DNA of 64,000 nt from a virus, in the IMG/VR virus record IMGVR_UViG_3300027659_000017, positions 1 to 64,000 of that record; one strand, written 5' to 3'. This document shows positions 28,627 to 39,101 of this stretch, one piece after another. Each line of letters opens with the position of its first letter. Position 1 is the stretch's first letter. The notes under the pieces were generated by a model. It saw only the letters and a list, made by a program, of their open reading frames with translations, was not told the origin of the DNA and ran no database searches. The position numbers were made by a program, and so were the translations under genes.

Positions 28627-29994
28627 ATGAAGCCTTTAAATTTAGATAATAGACCGTGTTCTCCAATATCATCCAATTGTGTGGTATGGCAAGGACCTAC
28701 ATTAGATTGTATAAATCTATGTACTGGAGATACTGTATCTGATGTAGTAGCTAAACTGGCAACAGAACTTTGTACATTGTTAGATCAAACAAATGTAAAT
28801 AACTACGATCTTACATGTCTTGGAATTGCCGCTTGTGGACCAAAAGATTTTCAAGCATTGATTCAATTACTAATTGAAAAAATCTGTGAACTACAAGGAG
28901 TTACTCCTACAACAAAAGATGCTTCAGGGTGCCCAGATTGTGTTGTAACAGTGGCTGACTGTTTTCAAGTAGGTAATCAGACTACTATGCAATTACTTGA
29001 CTATGTTCAAATGATTGCAGAAAAAGTATGTGCACTAATTGATGAGATAGCTAGTTTGCAAACTCAGATCAATAATTTAGATATAAGAGTAACTGTATTA
29101 GAGAATACACCTCCTCCTACATTTACATTACCAAGTATCCAAACTAACTGTTTGGCCTCATATATGTCTGGTGCTGTATCAGCTACAATTGATCTTGTCT
29201 TAGATACATTACTGAATGATCCTACTATTGGTTATTGTTCATTGATTGGAGCTACTGGTTTACCAGGAGATTTACTTGCTGCAGTAGCTAGTCAATGTAT
29301 TACATCTGGTACTCCAACATTATCTGATAATCCTATTCCATTTGGAACAGTATATAGTGGTTCATGGATTGGATCTCCAGTAACTGTTGCAGATTCAATC
29401 AATAACATATGGATTGCAATTTGTGATATTTATGAAGGAGTAGCTAATTCAGGAGTTACAATTGTAGATGCCGGCCCTGGAATTGATGTTACTTCTACTA
29501 CTGTAGGATTAACAACTACATACACTGTATCTACATTGGGTGCAATGAATGCTCAAAGTCCTCCTCTTGATCAAAATACTTATCCTGGTCCAACAGGAAG
29601 TACTAATTTGTATGATGGGGAAAAACAAATAATGACTGAGATATATGATGATGATAACGCATATGATCCAGCTACTGGTCTTTGGACTTGTCCAGTTACA
29701 GGAAGATACAATCTGAGTTTTTATATTCATATGACTAACAACATTGTTGTTGGATTTGCATCTGGTATGGTGGTAGCAGGAATTGTTGCTGATGGTGTTG
29801 TAGGTTATTATGCTGTTAATACATGTTCTGTAGGTATATCTGTCATAAGACATATTGATATTACAGGTCAAGCATTAGGAGTTCGCTTAGTTCAAGGATT
29901 ACAATTAAAGTTAATGATGTTGAATCTAACAGATGTTAACTACGTATCTTCATCAGGAGACGTTGCTAGATTTGTTGTACAACGAGTAGGATAG
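28627..29994 (+). CDS. fibre protein with coiled coil and C1q/TNF-like C-terminal head
   Basis: SNCVVWQGP N-module, heptads, YDPATGLWTCPVTGRYNLSF C1q-like motif. Confidence 0.65.
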   Translation: MKPLNLDNRPCSPISSNCVVWQGPTLDCINLCTGDTVSDVVAKLATELCTLLDQTNVNNYDLTCLGIAACGPKDFQALIQLLIEKICELQGVTPTTKDASGCPDCVVTVADCFQVGNQTTMQLLDYVQMIAEKVCALIDEIASLQTQINNLDIRVTVLENTPPPTFTLPSIQTNCLASYMSGAVSATIDLVLDTLLNDPTIGYCSLIGATGLPGDLLAAVASQCITSGTPTLSDNPIPFGTVYSGSWIGSPVTVADSINNIWIAICDIYEGVANSGVTIVDAGPGIDVTSTTVGLTTTYTVSTLGAMNAQSPPLDQNTYPGPTGSTNLYDGEKQIMTEIYDDDNAYDPATGLWTCPVTGRYNLSFYIHMTNNIVVGFASGMVVAGIVADGVVGYYAVNTCSVGISVIRHIDITGQALGVRLVQGLQLKLMMLNLTDVNYVSSSGDVARFVVQRVG

Positions 29995-30027
29995 AATTTA
30001 TATATGTATAATTTAAAATAAAACAAA

Positions 30028-31305
30028 ATGGCAACTAATAATTGTTCAACTCCAAATTGCGGATGTTCAAACAGTTACTCTGTAACTGCACCATGTCCAC
30101 CATCATGTCCTGAAGTATTTAATGCTCAGTGTATTGTATACACAGGAACTGATATTATGTGTAATCAAGATGTAGTAATCAAGAGATATGATTACCTTGA
30201 TACAATCATTACTAAACTTGTTAACTACCTATGTAATGTTGAAGCTCCAATTTCAACAGTAGTAGGATCAGAATATATTGATGTAGTATCTAATACTGTA
30301 GCTAACATAACCACTTATACTGTTTCTGTAGATATCCCAGCATTACAAGCATACTTTGATTTAATCATTGCTCAGACTATTGCATCTTCATTCTTTGAAG
30401 GTCCTGGAATTGATGTTTCAGTAAACCCTATTACAAGTGCAGTTACAATATCACATCAAGATACATCAAGTGTAAGTAACTTAAATAGTGATAACTCTGG
30501 CAACAGTTTTATCCAAGATATCTTCTTTACATTTGATACTTTTGGTCACGTAACTGGTGCATCAGTAGTACCGGGAACTGTAATTCCACCAAATGATTAT
30601 GACAGAGCTACAGTTAATCCAGATGTAGGATTTACATGGGGACCTAACAACGACCCTACAAATATACAAATTGCAGAGGCTCCTGGAGATACATTGAACT
30701 TTGTAGCAGGAACAGGTATTACTCTTAATGGAAGTACTGTACCTAGTACAGATGCAATTAGAATTACTAATAGTGATCCAGGTTCTGCTGTAACATTGGC
30801 ATCTGCAGGTGGTACTGAAACTTTGGTTAATGATGGTGTAGGACCTGCTTTGGTAACAAAAGGTTTAACGGCAGGTACAGGAATCTCTTTAACAGGTTCA
30901 GGAACTGACATTACTATTACTAATACAGCACCGGATGTTCCAGTTGTATTAACATCTGCTGGAGGAACTGAGACATTAGTAAATGATGGTACTGGTCCAT
31001 CTTTAGCTACTAAAGGATTGACTGCAGGTTATGGTGTTACATTAACAGGTTCTGCTACCGAAGTAACTATTGCTGCAGCAGTAAACAAGTATACATCAGG
31101 AGGTGTATCAGGAAATGCTGTTATTACTCACAGCTTAAATACAACTGCTATTGTTGTGTCTGTTGTTGAGTCTACATTGCCACCGGCACTTGCATTTTAT
31201 GCAGGAGTAGATTATACATTCTCTATTGATTCTTTGAATCAAATTACAGTAAGTGAAATAGTACCTGGAGCTCTGGGGAATTATAAAGTAACTGTTATAG
31301 GATAA
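30028..31305 (+). CDS. fibre protein with AGTGI repeats
   Basis: AQCIVYTG N-module like 28627; 51-aa internal duplication; ITHSLNT C-module. Confidence 0.65.
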   Translation: MATNNCSTPNCGCSNSYSVTAPCPPSCPEVFNAQCIVYTGTDIMCNQDVVIKRYDYLDTIITKLVNYLCNVEAPISTVVGSEYIDVVSNTVANITTYTVSVDIPALQAYFDLIIAQTIASSFFEGPGIDVSVNPITSAVTISHQDTSSVSNLNSDNSGNSFIQDIFFTFDTFGHVTGASVVPGTVIPPNDYDRATVNPDVGFTWGPNNDPTNIQIAEAPGDTLNFVAGTGITLNGSTVPSTDAIRITNSDPGSAVTLASAGGTETLVNDGVGPALVTKGLTAGTGISLTGSGTDITITNTAPDVPVVLTSAGGTETLVNDGTGPSLATKGLTAGYGVTLTGSATEVTIAAAVNKYTSGGVSGNAVITHSLNTTAIVVSVVESTLPPALAFYAGVDYTFSIDSLNQITVSEIVPGALGNYKVTVIG

Positions 31306-31375
31306 TTGTTACAGGTTTGTTGGTTTCTGTGACAACAACGGCAAAGCCCCTACACTTGTAGGGGTTTTGTTTTTT
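31306..31375 (+). ncRNA. 3'-end structured RNA: 10-bp hairpin with TTTGTTGGTT loop plus terminator
   Basis: ttgttacagg/tctgtgacaa stem (31306-31335); caaagcccctaca/tgtaggggttttg terminator (31342-31375). Confidence 0.5.
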
Positions 31376-31415
31376 GGTTACATTTGTTAATGTCATTTAT
31401 TTTTAGTATATTAAT

Positions 31416-31997
31416 ATGAAGGAATTTAATAAACCTGATGTAAAATCTTCTAGGTATCGACCTGAAGCACACACTATTTTGACCAAAGAGTTCTTTGATA
31501 ACTTTAAAAAAGCACATCCTAAATACAAGGATATGGATAACAAACTTCTTAGAAAGATCATTAAGAGATTTAATCAGATAGTTTATCAGTCCGTAATTGA
31601 TACAAGAGATGGAGTGCAGTTGCCTGAACAGTTAGGCTGGTTATTTATTGGTACCTGTGATAGAAGTAAAAAGGACAATATTGATTTTGCTAAGTCTAAA
31701 AAGTACGGAGTAAAAGTTACTAATAACAACTGGGAAACAGATGGTAAGCTAGCTAAAATATTCTTTACTAACTATGCACCAAAACACAAAATGAAGAATA
31801 GAGAATTTTGGGGTTTTACAGCATGTAGAGAATTTAAAAGAGCAGTAGCCAAGTCATATCCAGAAAACTGGAATATGTACATTCAAGTGGTACCAAAGGC
31901 AAAGATTGATAAAGTTTATAATAGTGTAATTTACAGAGACCATTTAGATAAAGTGAACAAAAAGGCTTTAGAAAGTTATAATGAATTTGACATATGA
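31416..31997 (+). CDS. IHF/HU-like protein of crAss-like tail module
   Basis: GVQLPEQLGWLFIG..NIDF.KSKK..F.ACREFKR; synteny before ring genes. Confidence 0.55.
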   Translation: MKEFNKPDVKSSRYRPEAHTILTKEFFDNFKKAHPKYKDMDNKLLRKIIKRFNQIVYQSVIDTRDGVQLPEQLGWLFIGTCDRSKKDNIDFAKSKKYGVKVTNNNWETDGKLAKIFFTNYAPKHKMKNREFWGFTACREFKRAVAKSYPENWNMYIQVVPKAKIDKVYNSVIYRDHLDKVNKKALESYNEFDI

Positions 31998-32656
31998 CAA
32001 CAATTGGGGAAGCAATATCAAGAGTAAGAAACACACTGAAAGCCGTAAAGGAAGATCCGTTTCTTACTGACAGAACAATATACTTTACAATAACAAAGTA
32101 TGGTCAATCTCTATTGAAGAGAGAAGACAATCAATTTAGATTGATGAAGATTAGTTCTGCATTCAATGTTCTTCCCTATGCCGAGTTAATTGATGTAGAT
32201 AAAGTAGAGGCTGGTTGTGCTGGTGTTTATTCAGGATGTTATTTTAAGAGAACTAAAGATAAGATCCCTACAGTCTTTGATGGAGCAATGGGTCCTATTA
32301 TACGTACTGTATCTTCAATAGATGGTTCTATTGAAATGTTCCGTACAGACCCAGGGACCTGGGTATCAATTACTAGATCTACTACATTCAAATATAATAA
32401 GAGACCATACTTCTGGTTCCTTAACGGATACTTATATTGCCCTAACATAGATTGGGATGCAATTAGAGTAGAAGCTATATTCAAAGATCAAGTAGAATCA
32501 TGTACTACAGATCCTTGCACAATTAGACAAGATGATCCACTACCTTTTCCAGAGTACTTGTTTTCTGAAATAGAACAGTTTGTAGTGAAAGAATTAACCA
32601 TGGCTATGCAGATTCCAACTGATGGATCTGATGATAGTCAAAATGTACTTAGATAA
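31994..32656 (+). CDS. tail ring/tubular protein
   Basis: synteny; YFWFLNGYLY..VEAIF..P pattern. Confidence 0.55.
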   Translation: MTTIGEAISRVRNTLKAVKEDPFLTDRTIYFTITKYGQSLLKREDNQFRLMKISSAFNVLPYAELIDVDKVEAGCAGVYSGCYFKRTKDKIPTVFDGAMGPIIRTVSSIDGSIEMFRTDPGTWVSITRSTTFKYNKRPYFWFLNGYLYCPNIDWDAIRVEAIFKDQVESCTTDPCTIRQDDPLPFPEYLFSEIEQFVVKELTMAMQIPTDGSDDSQNVLR

Positions 32657-33654
32657 TGGATTTTAACTACACACTCAAATATAGAACATTTGACCAGTTG
32701 CTGGAAGATGTTACTATTGACTTACACACGTTTGCTCTTGAGAATATGATTGAGCCTCAAACATTGATCAAGCTAGCACGTAAGTTAAATTATGAACTTG
32801 GATTGAGAATTAATCAAACTAAAGAAGCTGTATTAGATGTGACACATCATAAGGTAAAGCTACCGGATGATTTTTATACATTCAACTTTGCAATGATATG
32901 TGGTGACTTTCAAGAAGTTATTGGATATGATGGATATGCCGGTGGTACTAATATACAAGAGGTACCATACAGAGAATTTCCTTCTCAGGTATACACATGT
33001 GGGGCACCAGTAAATCAACCATGTTGTTCTAATGGATTAGAGGGTATATGTGTAACACATGATCCAAACAATCCTTATGGAGATACATCTGTAAAACCAC
33101 GTGTATTCTTAAACTGTAAGAACGAAGCCTATGAACTTGTACAGGTAATTAATCCAAGTACTACAAGATTGTTCCGTTTTCTAAGACCTCTTAGAATGAA
33201 AGCCAGTCAAGAGATTGAAGGTGATTGTCCTAACTTGTATTACAACACAGCAGATGAGGCTTGGATTAAATATGGCTTCCTGAATACTACATTTGAATCT
33301 GGAAAAGTTTACTTGAACTATCAAGGAGACTTGACTGATGATAATGGTAATTTACTTGTACCAGATCATGAACTTTTGAATGAATACTATGAGTATGCAT
33401 TTAAAGCAAGAATCTTAGAGAACTTGTTTTTGAATGGAGAAGATGTTGGTCAAAGAATACAACTCATTGAATCAAAACTCAGACCTGCAAGAAATCAAGC
33501 AATCAGTCTAGTTAACACTCCAAACTTTAGAGAGATGGAGAAAATGTGGTGGACTAATAGAAAAGCAATGTATGGTAAGTATTACTACATGTTTGAAAGT
33601 CATTCTCCTAATACTCCTTATACAAGAAGAAACGTTTCAACTAGAGTTATTTAA
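32656..33654 (+). CDS. tail ring/tubular protein
   Basis: KVKLPDDF..TTFESGKVYLNY..DDNGNLLVPD pattern. Confidence 0.6.
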   Translation: MDFNYTLKYRTFDQLLEDVTIDLHTFALENMIEPQTLIKLARKLNYELGLRINQTKEAVLDVTHHKVKLPDDFYTFNFAMICGDFQEVIGYDGYAGGTNIQEVPYREFPSQVYTCGAPVNQPCCSNGLEGICVTHDPNNPYGDTSVKPRVFLNCKNEAYELVQVINPSTTRLFRFLRPLRMKASQEIEGDCPNLYYNTADEAWIKYGFLNTTFESGKVYLNYQGDLTDDNGNLLVPDHELLNEYYEYAFKARILENLFLNGEDVGQRIQLIESKLRPARNQAISLVNTPNFREMEKMWWTNRKAMYGKYYYMFESHSPNTPYTRRNVSTRVI

Positions 33655-33656
33655 TC

Positions 33657-36600
33657 ATGGCAAAAGATCAAGGTATACAAGACACTAGTAAGGTTTTAAG
33701 TAACTCCTTTACAAAAGGATTAAATAAAGATTCTGACCCTTCATTTGTTTCTGAAGGTATGTGGACACATGCCCGAAATGTTGTAAATAACACAATTGAA
33801 GGTGACGTAGGTACATTATCAAATGAGATCTCAAATGTTCTTTGCGGAACCACAGGAAGAACAATGCCGGCAACAGTGACAGATAAATATATCATTGGTG
33901 CTATCTATCTTTATTCTGATAAATGGTTAGTATTTACGGCAGGACATGGAAACACTGGTCAAAGAATAACATCAGAGATTGGTTTGTACGAAGAAGACAT
34001 CTGTAAGTATAGAGAGATTGTACAGGATCCTTGTTTGAATTTTGATAAAAGATATCTTATCTCTGGTGCTTCTAGAGAAAAAGAAGATTGTACTTGGCAG
34101 GTATACTGGGTAGATGCATTTAATCCAGATAGATTTTTAAATGTTGGTGACCCACAGACATGGCCAGATGCAAGTTACAACTGGGTAGGTGGTGGAGCAA
34201 ATAGTATGAACTATTATTCAAATGGTAGTGATAGTACATTTCTATGGCCGGGTGTTAATTGGAATAAAAACATAACAGTAATTAACGACTGTGATTTTGT
34301 TACTAATACAAATACATTAAATTGTGATCATATAAGACTTGCTAGGTTAATGGAGACACCATGTCTTAATTTGACTTTAGGACAATCTGGTGGGACCATG
34401 GCCAATGGTACTTATTTTGCAATGATTGCATATTGTATCAAAGGCCAGAAAGTAACTGACTGGTTTTCCCAAAGTAATTTTCAGTTTATATACAATGTCA
34501 ATGATTTGTCAGGTTCATTAACACTTGAGGTTAATGCTGATTCAGAAAACTTTGATGAGTTTATTTTAGCAATTGTTGAAGCTACTAACCAACAGACAGT
34601 TGCTTCTCAAATGGGATTCTATTCTACTAAGACTACAAGAATTGCAATTGATCAAATTAACATTGCTACAGTTAAAATTCCATTAGAGCAGTTACCTATT
34701 ACTACACCGGTATATGAAACATCAGATCAGATGACTGATGTAAATGGATATCTATTGAGAGTTGGTCCTAGATCAAAATTTGACTTTAACTATCAACCAC
34801 TTGCCAATATGATCAGAGCAAAATGGGCAAGTGTAGAATACCCAGCTGATTATTATATGAAGGGTGGGAATAAAACAAACTATCTGAGAGACGAAGTATA
34901 TACATTTTACATCAGATGGGTATATGATACTGGAGATAAGTCTGCATCATATCATATTCCAGGTAGAGCACCTAGAAGTTTTAATGTACCTGGTATAGGT
35001 TCTAGATTTGAAACAGAGGCTTTAATAGATCCAAATGCTTTAACTATAGATGATCAAGTATTTGAAGTTTACAATACGGCTTCTATTACCCCGGGAGGAT
35101 TAACTGGTACAACTACTGATGATGGAGGTACTGTAATTGCAGTAGGGGATATGGGTTACTGGCAGTCTTCTGAAAGATATCCTGACAACAGACCTGACAT
35201 TTGGAATCCAAGTGAATATTGTTGGACGGGTGCTGCAGCACAAAATGGTTCTTTTGATTTATGTGGTAAGAATATCAGACATCATAAGTTTCCAGAAAAC
35301 TTTATTGCTAATAGTACTTCTACAGATGCAGTACACTTTAGACCAAATGCAAACATCCCGACCAATGGTCAAGATTTTGCAATCAGGTTAATGGGTGTAT
35401 ACTTTGAAAACATTACTCTTCCAAAAGATCAACAAGGTAAAGACATCCCTGGTATTGTGGGTTATGAAATTCTAAGAGGTTCTAGAGAAGGTAACAAAAC
35501 TATTGTAGCAAAAGGTATGGTCAACAACTTCCGTACTTTCCAATTAAGAGGAAAGCTGGCACAAGGAAGAACTGGACTTTATGCTAACTACCCATACAAC
35601 ACAATTGTACCAATTGGAAGTTCTACAGATCCTGATGACCACAACTACTTGTATAATGATCCTTACATAAAGAATGAGGACTCAGATAACAATGTGGTTA
35701 ATCAATCTATACCGTCAGATATCTTTACATTCCATTCCCCGGATACAATGTTCCGTACACCTTATTTATCTACTACAGAATTTAAGTCTTATGGAATCTT
35801 GAGTGGATATGCTGACTTAGAATTCCAGGAACCAAATGGTCATCCTAATTGGAAATTGTTAGCAAATGCTGTTGTATTTCCTATGATTGTAGGTGGAGTT
35901 GCTGAAGCTATTATTTCTATGTTAGGTAAGAGAACAGTCAATACTCCAAAAGTTTTAAGTTATACAGAACAATATAGAGGTCTTGCTGGAGTTGGTCCAA
36001 TTATTTTTGCATCAGGTTCTAGTACTATTCAGAGTTCAACAGCACAAAATACAGCACTAGGTTTAATTGGAACAGCAGCAACTGCATACAATACTTTTGT
36101 AAATAACTATTACAATGGTCCTGCAACACTTGATGTTGGTTTAATGTTGGCTTTGGGATATTCAGGTACATTATATGAAGGTGCACTATCAAACTACGTT
36201 AATGTAGTAAATACTAATGCTAATTCAGCAGGTATTCCAAAAATTGCAAAATTAGAAGGCTCATTTGAATTTCCAAAATGGGCATATTTAGATCCAGTAA
36301 CAAGACTACTTGGTGCAGCAAATCAAATAGCATATTACTTTGCAGAAGGAGCAGACATTGCACTAAAAGTGTTTTATGCAATAACACCATATAGACAATA
36401 TGCTCTACAACAAGTAAGTCATGGGTTCTATGGTAATATGTTTCCAACTTCAGCTAATGCTCTAAAAAGATTTGACATAGATGATAGTTTTTATATCCGT
36501 GATAATATACAAGAGGTGAGTAAATACCAAGATGTAGTTTCCGGAGTATACCGTACCTATTCAATCAATAATTTAAAGAGATCAGATGCTGTAGTAGTAA

Positions 36601-39101
36601 GAACTAAATCCGGACCATATTATAATCCAGCATATCCAACAGGTGTTAATATAGGTCCTAATCTTATTACATCTGGTATGAGAGATGTTTCTTTGATTAC
36701 ACTTGGTGGGGTAGTTCAATATGATTCAAGTGCGGCATTTTTAACAAATGATCTTCCAACATTTGATGATGACAAAAAAGATATACCATTCAGTTTATCA
36801 ATTGCAAGTCATTACGGTGGGTTAAAGACACGAGTAAGAAATCAATATGGACAGGTAGGAAGTGAAAATGAAATTGTAATTACTACATGTGAGCAAAGAT
36901 TAAAAGACTATACTTTAGCTGAGACTTCATGGACATGTCCTATTGATTCAATATTCTATGAATCTAAAGTAATCATCAGAACTCCATTAGTATTTGGGGG
37001 AGATACTTATATCAATAGATATACAGAAAAGAATAATATGATGTTCTTCTATGACTGGTTGTATGGACAGCCTGATGGATTTGAATACAACTATTATTTA
37101 AGAAGCATGATTCCTCAAGCAAGATTTAAAGCAAATAGTATTGCATATGATACTGGCTACTTGTCTGAGGTATTTAATTTTGGATCACCATCTATACCTG
37201 GTACCGGTGCATTCCCTGGAGCTTTTTATAATTTGGATTACTATGTTAATAGCAATAGGTTCTATAATTATACAAATGATGTTTCAGAAGGTAACTGGAT
37301 TGGTGACAGGTACAGAGGTTTGTGGTCTGTAAAGGAAGCATATTTCTATCTTGCTAATTCTGGTATCAGAGATTTCTTTGTTGAATCTGAAGTTCTAGTT
37401 GACTTTAGAAAACAAAGTATATACGAAGGAGGAAAACATTATGATCCGTATAGATATACGGACTATGTTGCAATGTTTAACATGAATCCAGACGTTATGG
37501 GAAAATTGAGTGAGTACATTTATGATTACTCACTTAGTGTATCTAAACTTTACAACCAGTATTTTTCTGCGGGAAGTACTCAAGGTAAGTACTATGATCC
37601 TAATGTAGCCAAGTTATGTTACACATACTATCCAGATAGAATTATCTATTCATTGCCTCAACAATATGAAGCAATAAAAGATAGCTGGTTCATTTACTTA
37701 ATCAATAACTACAAGGAATTCAAAGGACAAATCTCTGGAGTAAAGGCAATCAACAAAAGTGGTATATTCATTACTTTCAAAAATGAAAGTCCTTTGATGT
37801 ATCAGGGTGTAGATACACTTGAAACAGATTTGAATACTAAGATTACTATTGGTGATGGAGGATTATTCTCACAACCACAACAAGCAGTAATTAATGCTGA
37901 CCGTGCATATGAATATGGTTCTTCTCAAAATAGATTGTCTGTAATATCTACTCCGGTAGGTATATTCTACATGTCTCAAAATCAAGGAAGGATATTCTCG
38001 TATGGTAGTAATCTGGATGAGATTTCTCAGGCCGGATTGAAATGGTGGTTCATCTTGTACATGCCTTATAGGCTTACACAAGACTTCCCAGACTATCCTT
38101 GGAAAGATAATCCAGTAGCAGGTATTGGATGTCAAGCAACCTATGACAGCACAAGTACCATTTTATACTTTAGTAAGAAAGATTATCACTTAAGGGATGA
38201 GTATAAAGGACGTGTGACTTATCAGCCTATGACGGCAAATGGTTCAGGAGATTACTTTATACTTGATGGTCATAAAAACTTGAGATATAACTTGGGAGAT
38301 CCTCTTATATTTGAGGATGCATCATGGACTATTAGTTATGACCCTAAGAATCAGTATTGGATTAGTTTCCATGACTGGCATCCGGATCTAGTTATTCCTA
38401 CTAAAGATATATTTATCAGTTCTAAGAAGAATACTCTGTGGAAACATAACTATATCTGTGATGGCTACTGTAACTATTATGGTGTACAGTATGGCTTTGA
38501 ACTTGAATTCCCAGTTGTATCCGGTCAAACAGTAATGACTGCTAGATCTATAGAATACATATTAGAGTGCTATCGTAGAAATGGTAATAGTTGTATTGAC
38601 CAGCACCATGTGTTGGATTACAACTTTGACCAGGCTGTGATATACAACTCTGAACAAGTATCCGGCTACCTTAACTTGAATCTATATCCTAAGAATGATA
38701 TAAACCAGTCATTGCAATATCCTAAACTAAACGGGAACCTGAGCTCATATGACATCCTTTTCTCTAAAGAAGAAAACAAGTATAGGTTTAACCAGTTCTG
38801 GGATATAACAAAGAACAGAGATGAATTCCCTATTGGTTCAAACTATCCACCAACGGGACCAGTAATTCCAGGAACGACAATACTACAAGGTTCGTACTCT
38901 TCTGAGAATACTTGGATCACATCTCAAGATGGTTTTACACGTATACTAAATCCTAACAATATGGATTACGGGAAACCTGAATTAGAAAGAAAGAAGTTTA
39001 GACATTACTTAAATTTCATAAATTTAAGGAGAGATAAGTGTGACAATGTAAACATGATTCTTAAAATGTCAAGTAGTAAAAATCAATTTTCTCCTAGATA
39101 A
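33657..39101 (+). CDS. tail stabilization/muzzle protein
   Basis: 1814 aa; F.KGLNKD..ARN N-terminus, RDEVY.FYI, FGGDTYI, WTISY..WISFHDWHP. Confidence 0.7.
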   Translation: MAKDQGIQDTSKVLSNSFTKGLNKDSDPSFVSEGMWTHARNVVNNTIEGDVGTLSNEISNVLCGTTGRTMPATVTDKYIIGAIYLYSDKWLVFTAGHGNTGQRITSEIGLYEEDICKYREIVQDPCLNFDKRYLISGASREKEDCTWQVYWVDAFNPDRFLNVGDPQTWPDASYNWVGGGANSMNYYSNGSDSTFLWPGVNWNKNITVINDCDFVTNTNTLNCDHIRLARLMETPCLNLTLGQSGGTMANGTYFAMIAYCIKGQKVTDWFSQSNFQFIYNVNDLSGSLTLEVNADSENFDEFILAIVEATNQQTVASQMGFYSTKTTRIAIDQINIATVKIPLEQLPITTPVYETSDQMTDVNGYLLRVGPRSKFDFNYQPLANMIRAKWASVEYPADYYMKGGNKTNYLRDEVYTFYIRWVYDTGDKSASYHIPGRAPRSFNVPGIGSRFETEALIDPNALTIDDQVFEVYNTASITPGGLTGTTTDDGGTVIAVGDMGYWQSSERYPDNRPDIWNPSEYCWTGAAAQNGSFDLCGKNIRHHKFPENFIANSTSTDAVHFRPNANIPTNGQDFAIRLMGVYFENITLPKDQQGKDIPGIVGYEILRGSREGNKTIVAKGMVNNFRTFQLRGKLAQGRTGLYANYPYNTIVPIGSSTDPDDHNYLYNDPYIKNEDSDNNVVNQSIPSDIFTFHSPDTMFRTPYLSTTEFKSYGILSGYADLEFQEPNGHPNWKLLANAVVFPMIVGGVAEAIISMLGKRTVNTPKVLSYTEQYRGLAGVGPIIFASGSSTIQSSTAQNTALGLIGTAATAYNTFVNNYYNGPATLDVGLMLALGYSGTLYEGALSNYVNVVNTNANSAGIPKIAKLEGSFEFPKWAYLDPVTRLLGAANQIAYYFAEGADIALKVFYAITPYRQYALQQVSHGFYGNMFPTSANALKRFDIDDSFYIRDNIQEVSKYQDVVSGVYRTYSINNLKRSDAVVVRTKSGPYYNPAYPTGVNIGPNLITSGMRDVSLITLGGVVQYDSSAAFLTNDLPTFDDDKKDIPFSLSIASHYGGLKTRVRNQYGQVGSENEIVITTCEQRLKDYTLAETSWTCPIDSIFYESKVIIRTPLVFGGDTYINRYTEKNNMMFFYDWLYGQPDGFEYNYYLRSMIPQARFKANSIAYDTGYLSEVFNFGSPSIPGTGAFPGAFYNLDYYVNSNRFYNYTNDVSEGNWIGDRYRGLWSVKEAYFYLANSGIRDFFVESEVLVDFRKQSIYEGGKHYDPYRYTDYVAMFNMNPDVMGKLSEYIYDYSLSVSKLYNQYFSAGSTQGKYYDPNVAKLCYTYYPDRIIYSLPQQYEAIKDSWFIYLINNYKEFKGQISGVKAINKSGIFITFKNESPLMYQGVDTLETDLNTKITIGDGGLFSQPQQAVINADRAYEYGSSQNRLSVISTPVGIFYMSQNQGRIFSYGSNLDEISQAGLKWWFILYMPYRLTQDFPDYPWKDNPVAGIGCQATYDSTSTILYFSKKDYHLRDEYKGRVTYQPMTANGSGDYFILDGHKNLRYNLGDPLIFEDASWTISYDPKNQYWISFHDWHPDLVIPTKDIFISSKKNTLWKHNYICDGYCNYYGVQYGFELEFPVVSGQTVMTARSIEYILECYRRNGNSCIDQHHVLDYNFDQAVIYNSEQVSGYLNLNLYPKNDINQSLQYPKLNGNLSSYDILFSKEENKYRFNQFWDITKNRDEFPIGSNYPPTGPVIPGTTILQGSYSSENTWITSQDGFTRILNPNNMDYGKPELERKKFRHYLNFINLRRDKCDNVNMILKMSSSKNQFSPR

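Noticed and set aside
3002-31305. Diversity-generating retroelement acting on fibres
   Set aside because: No reverse transcriptase and no template/variable repeat pair differing at adenines was seen
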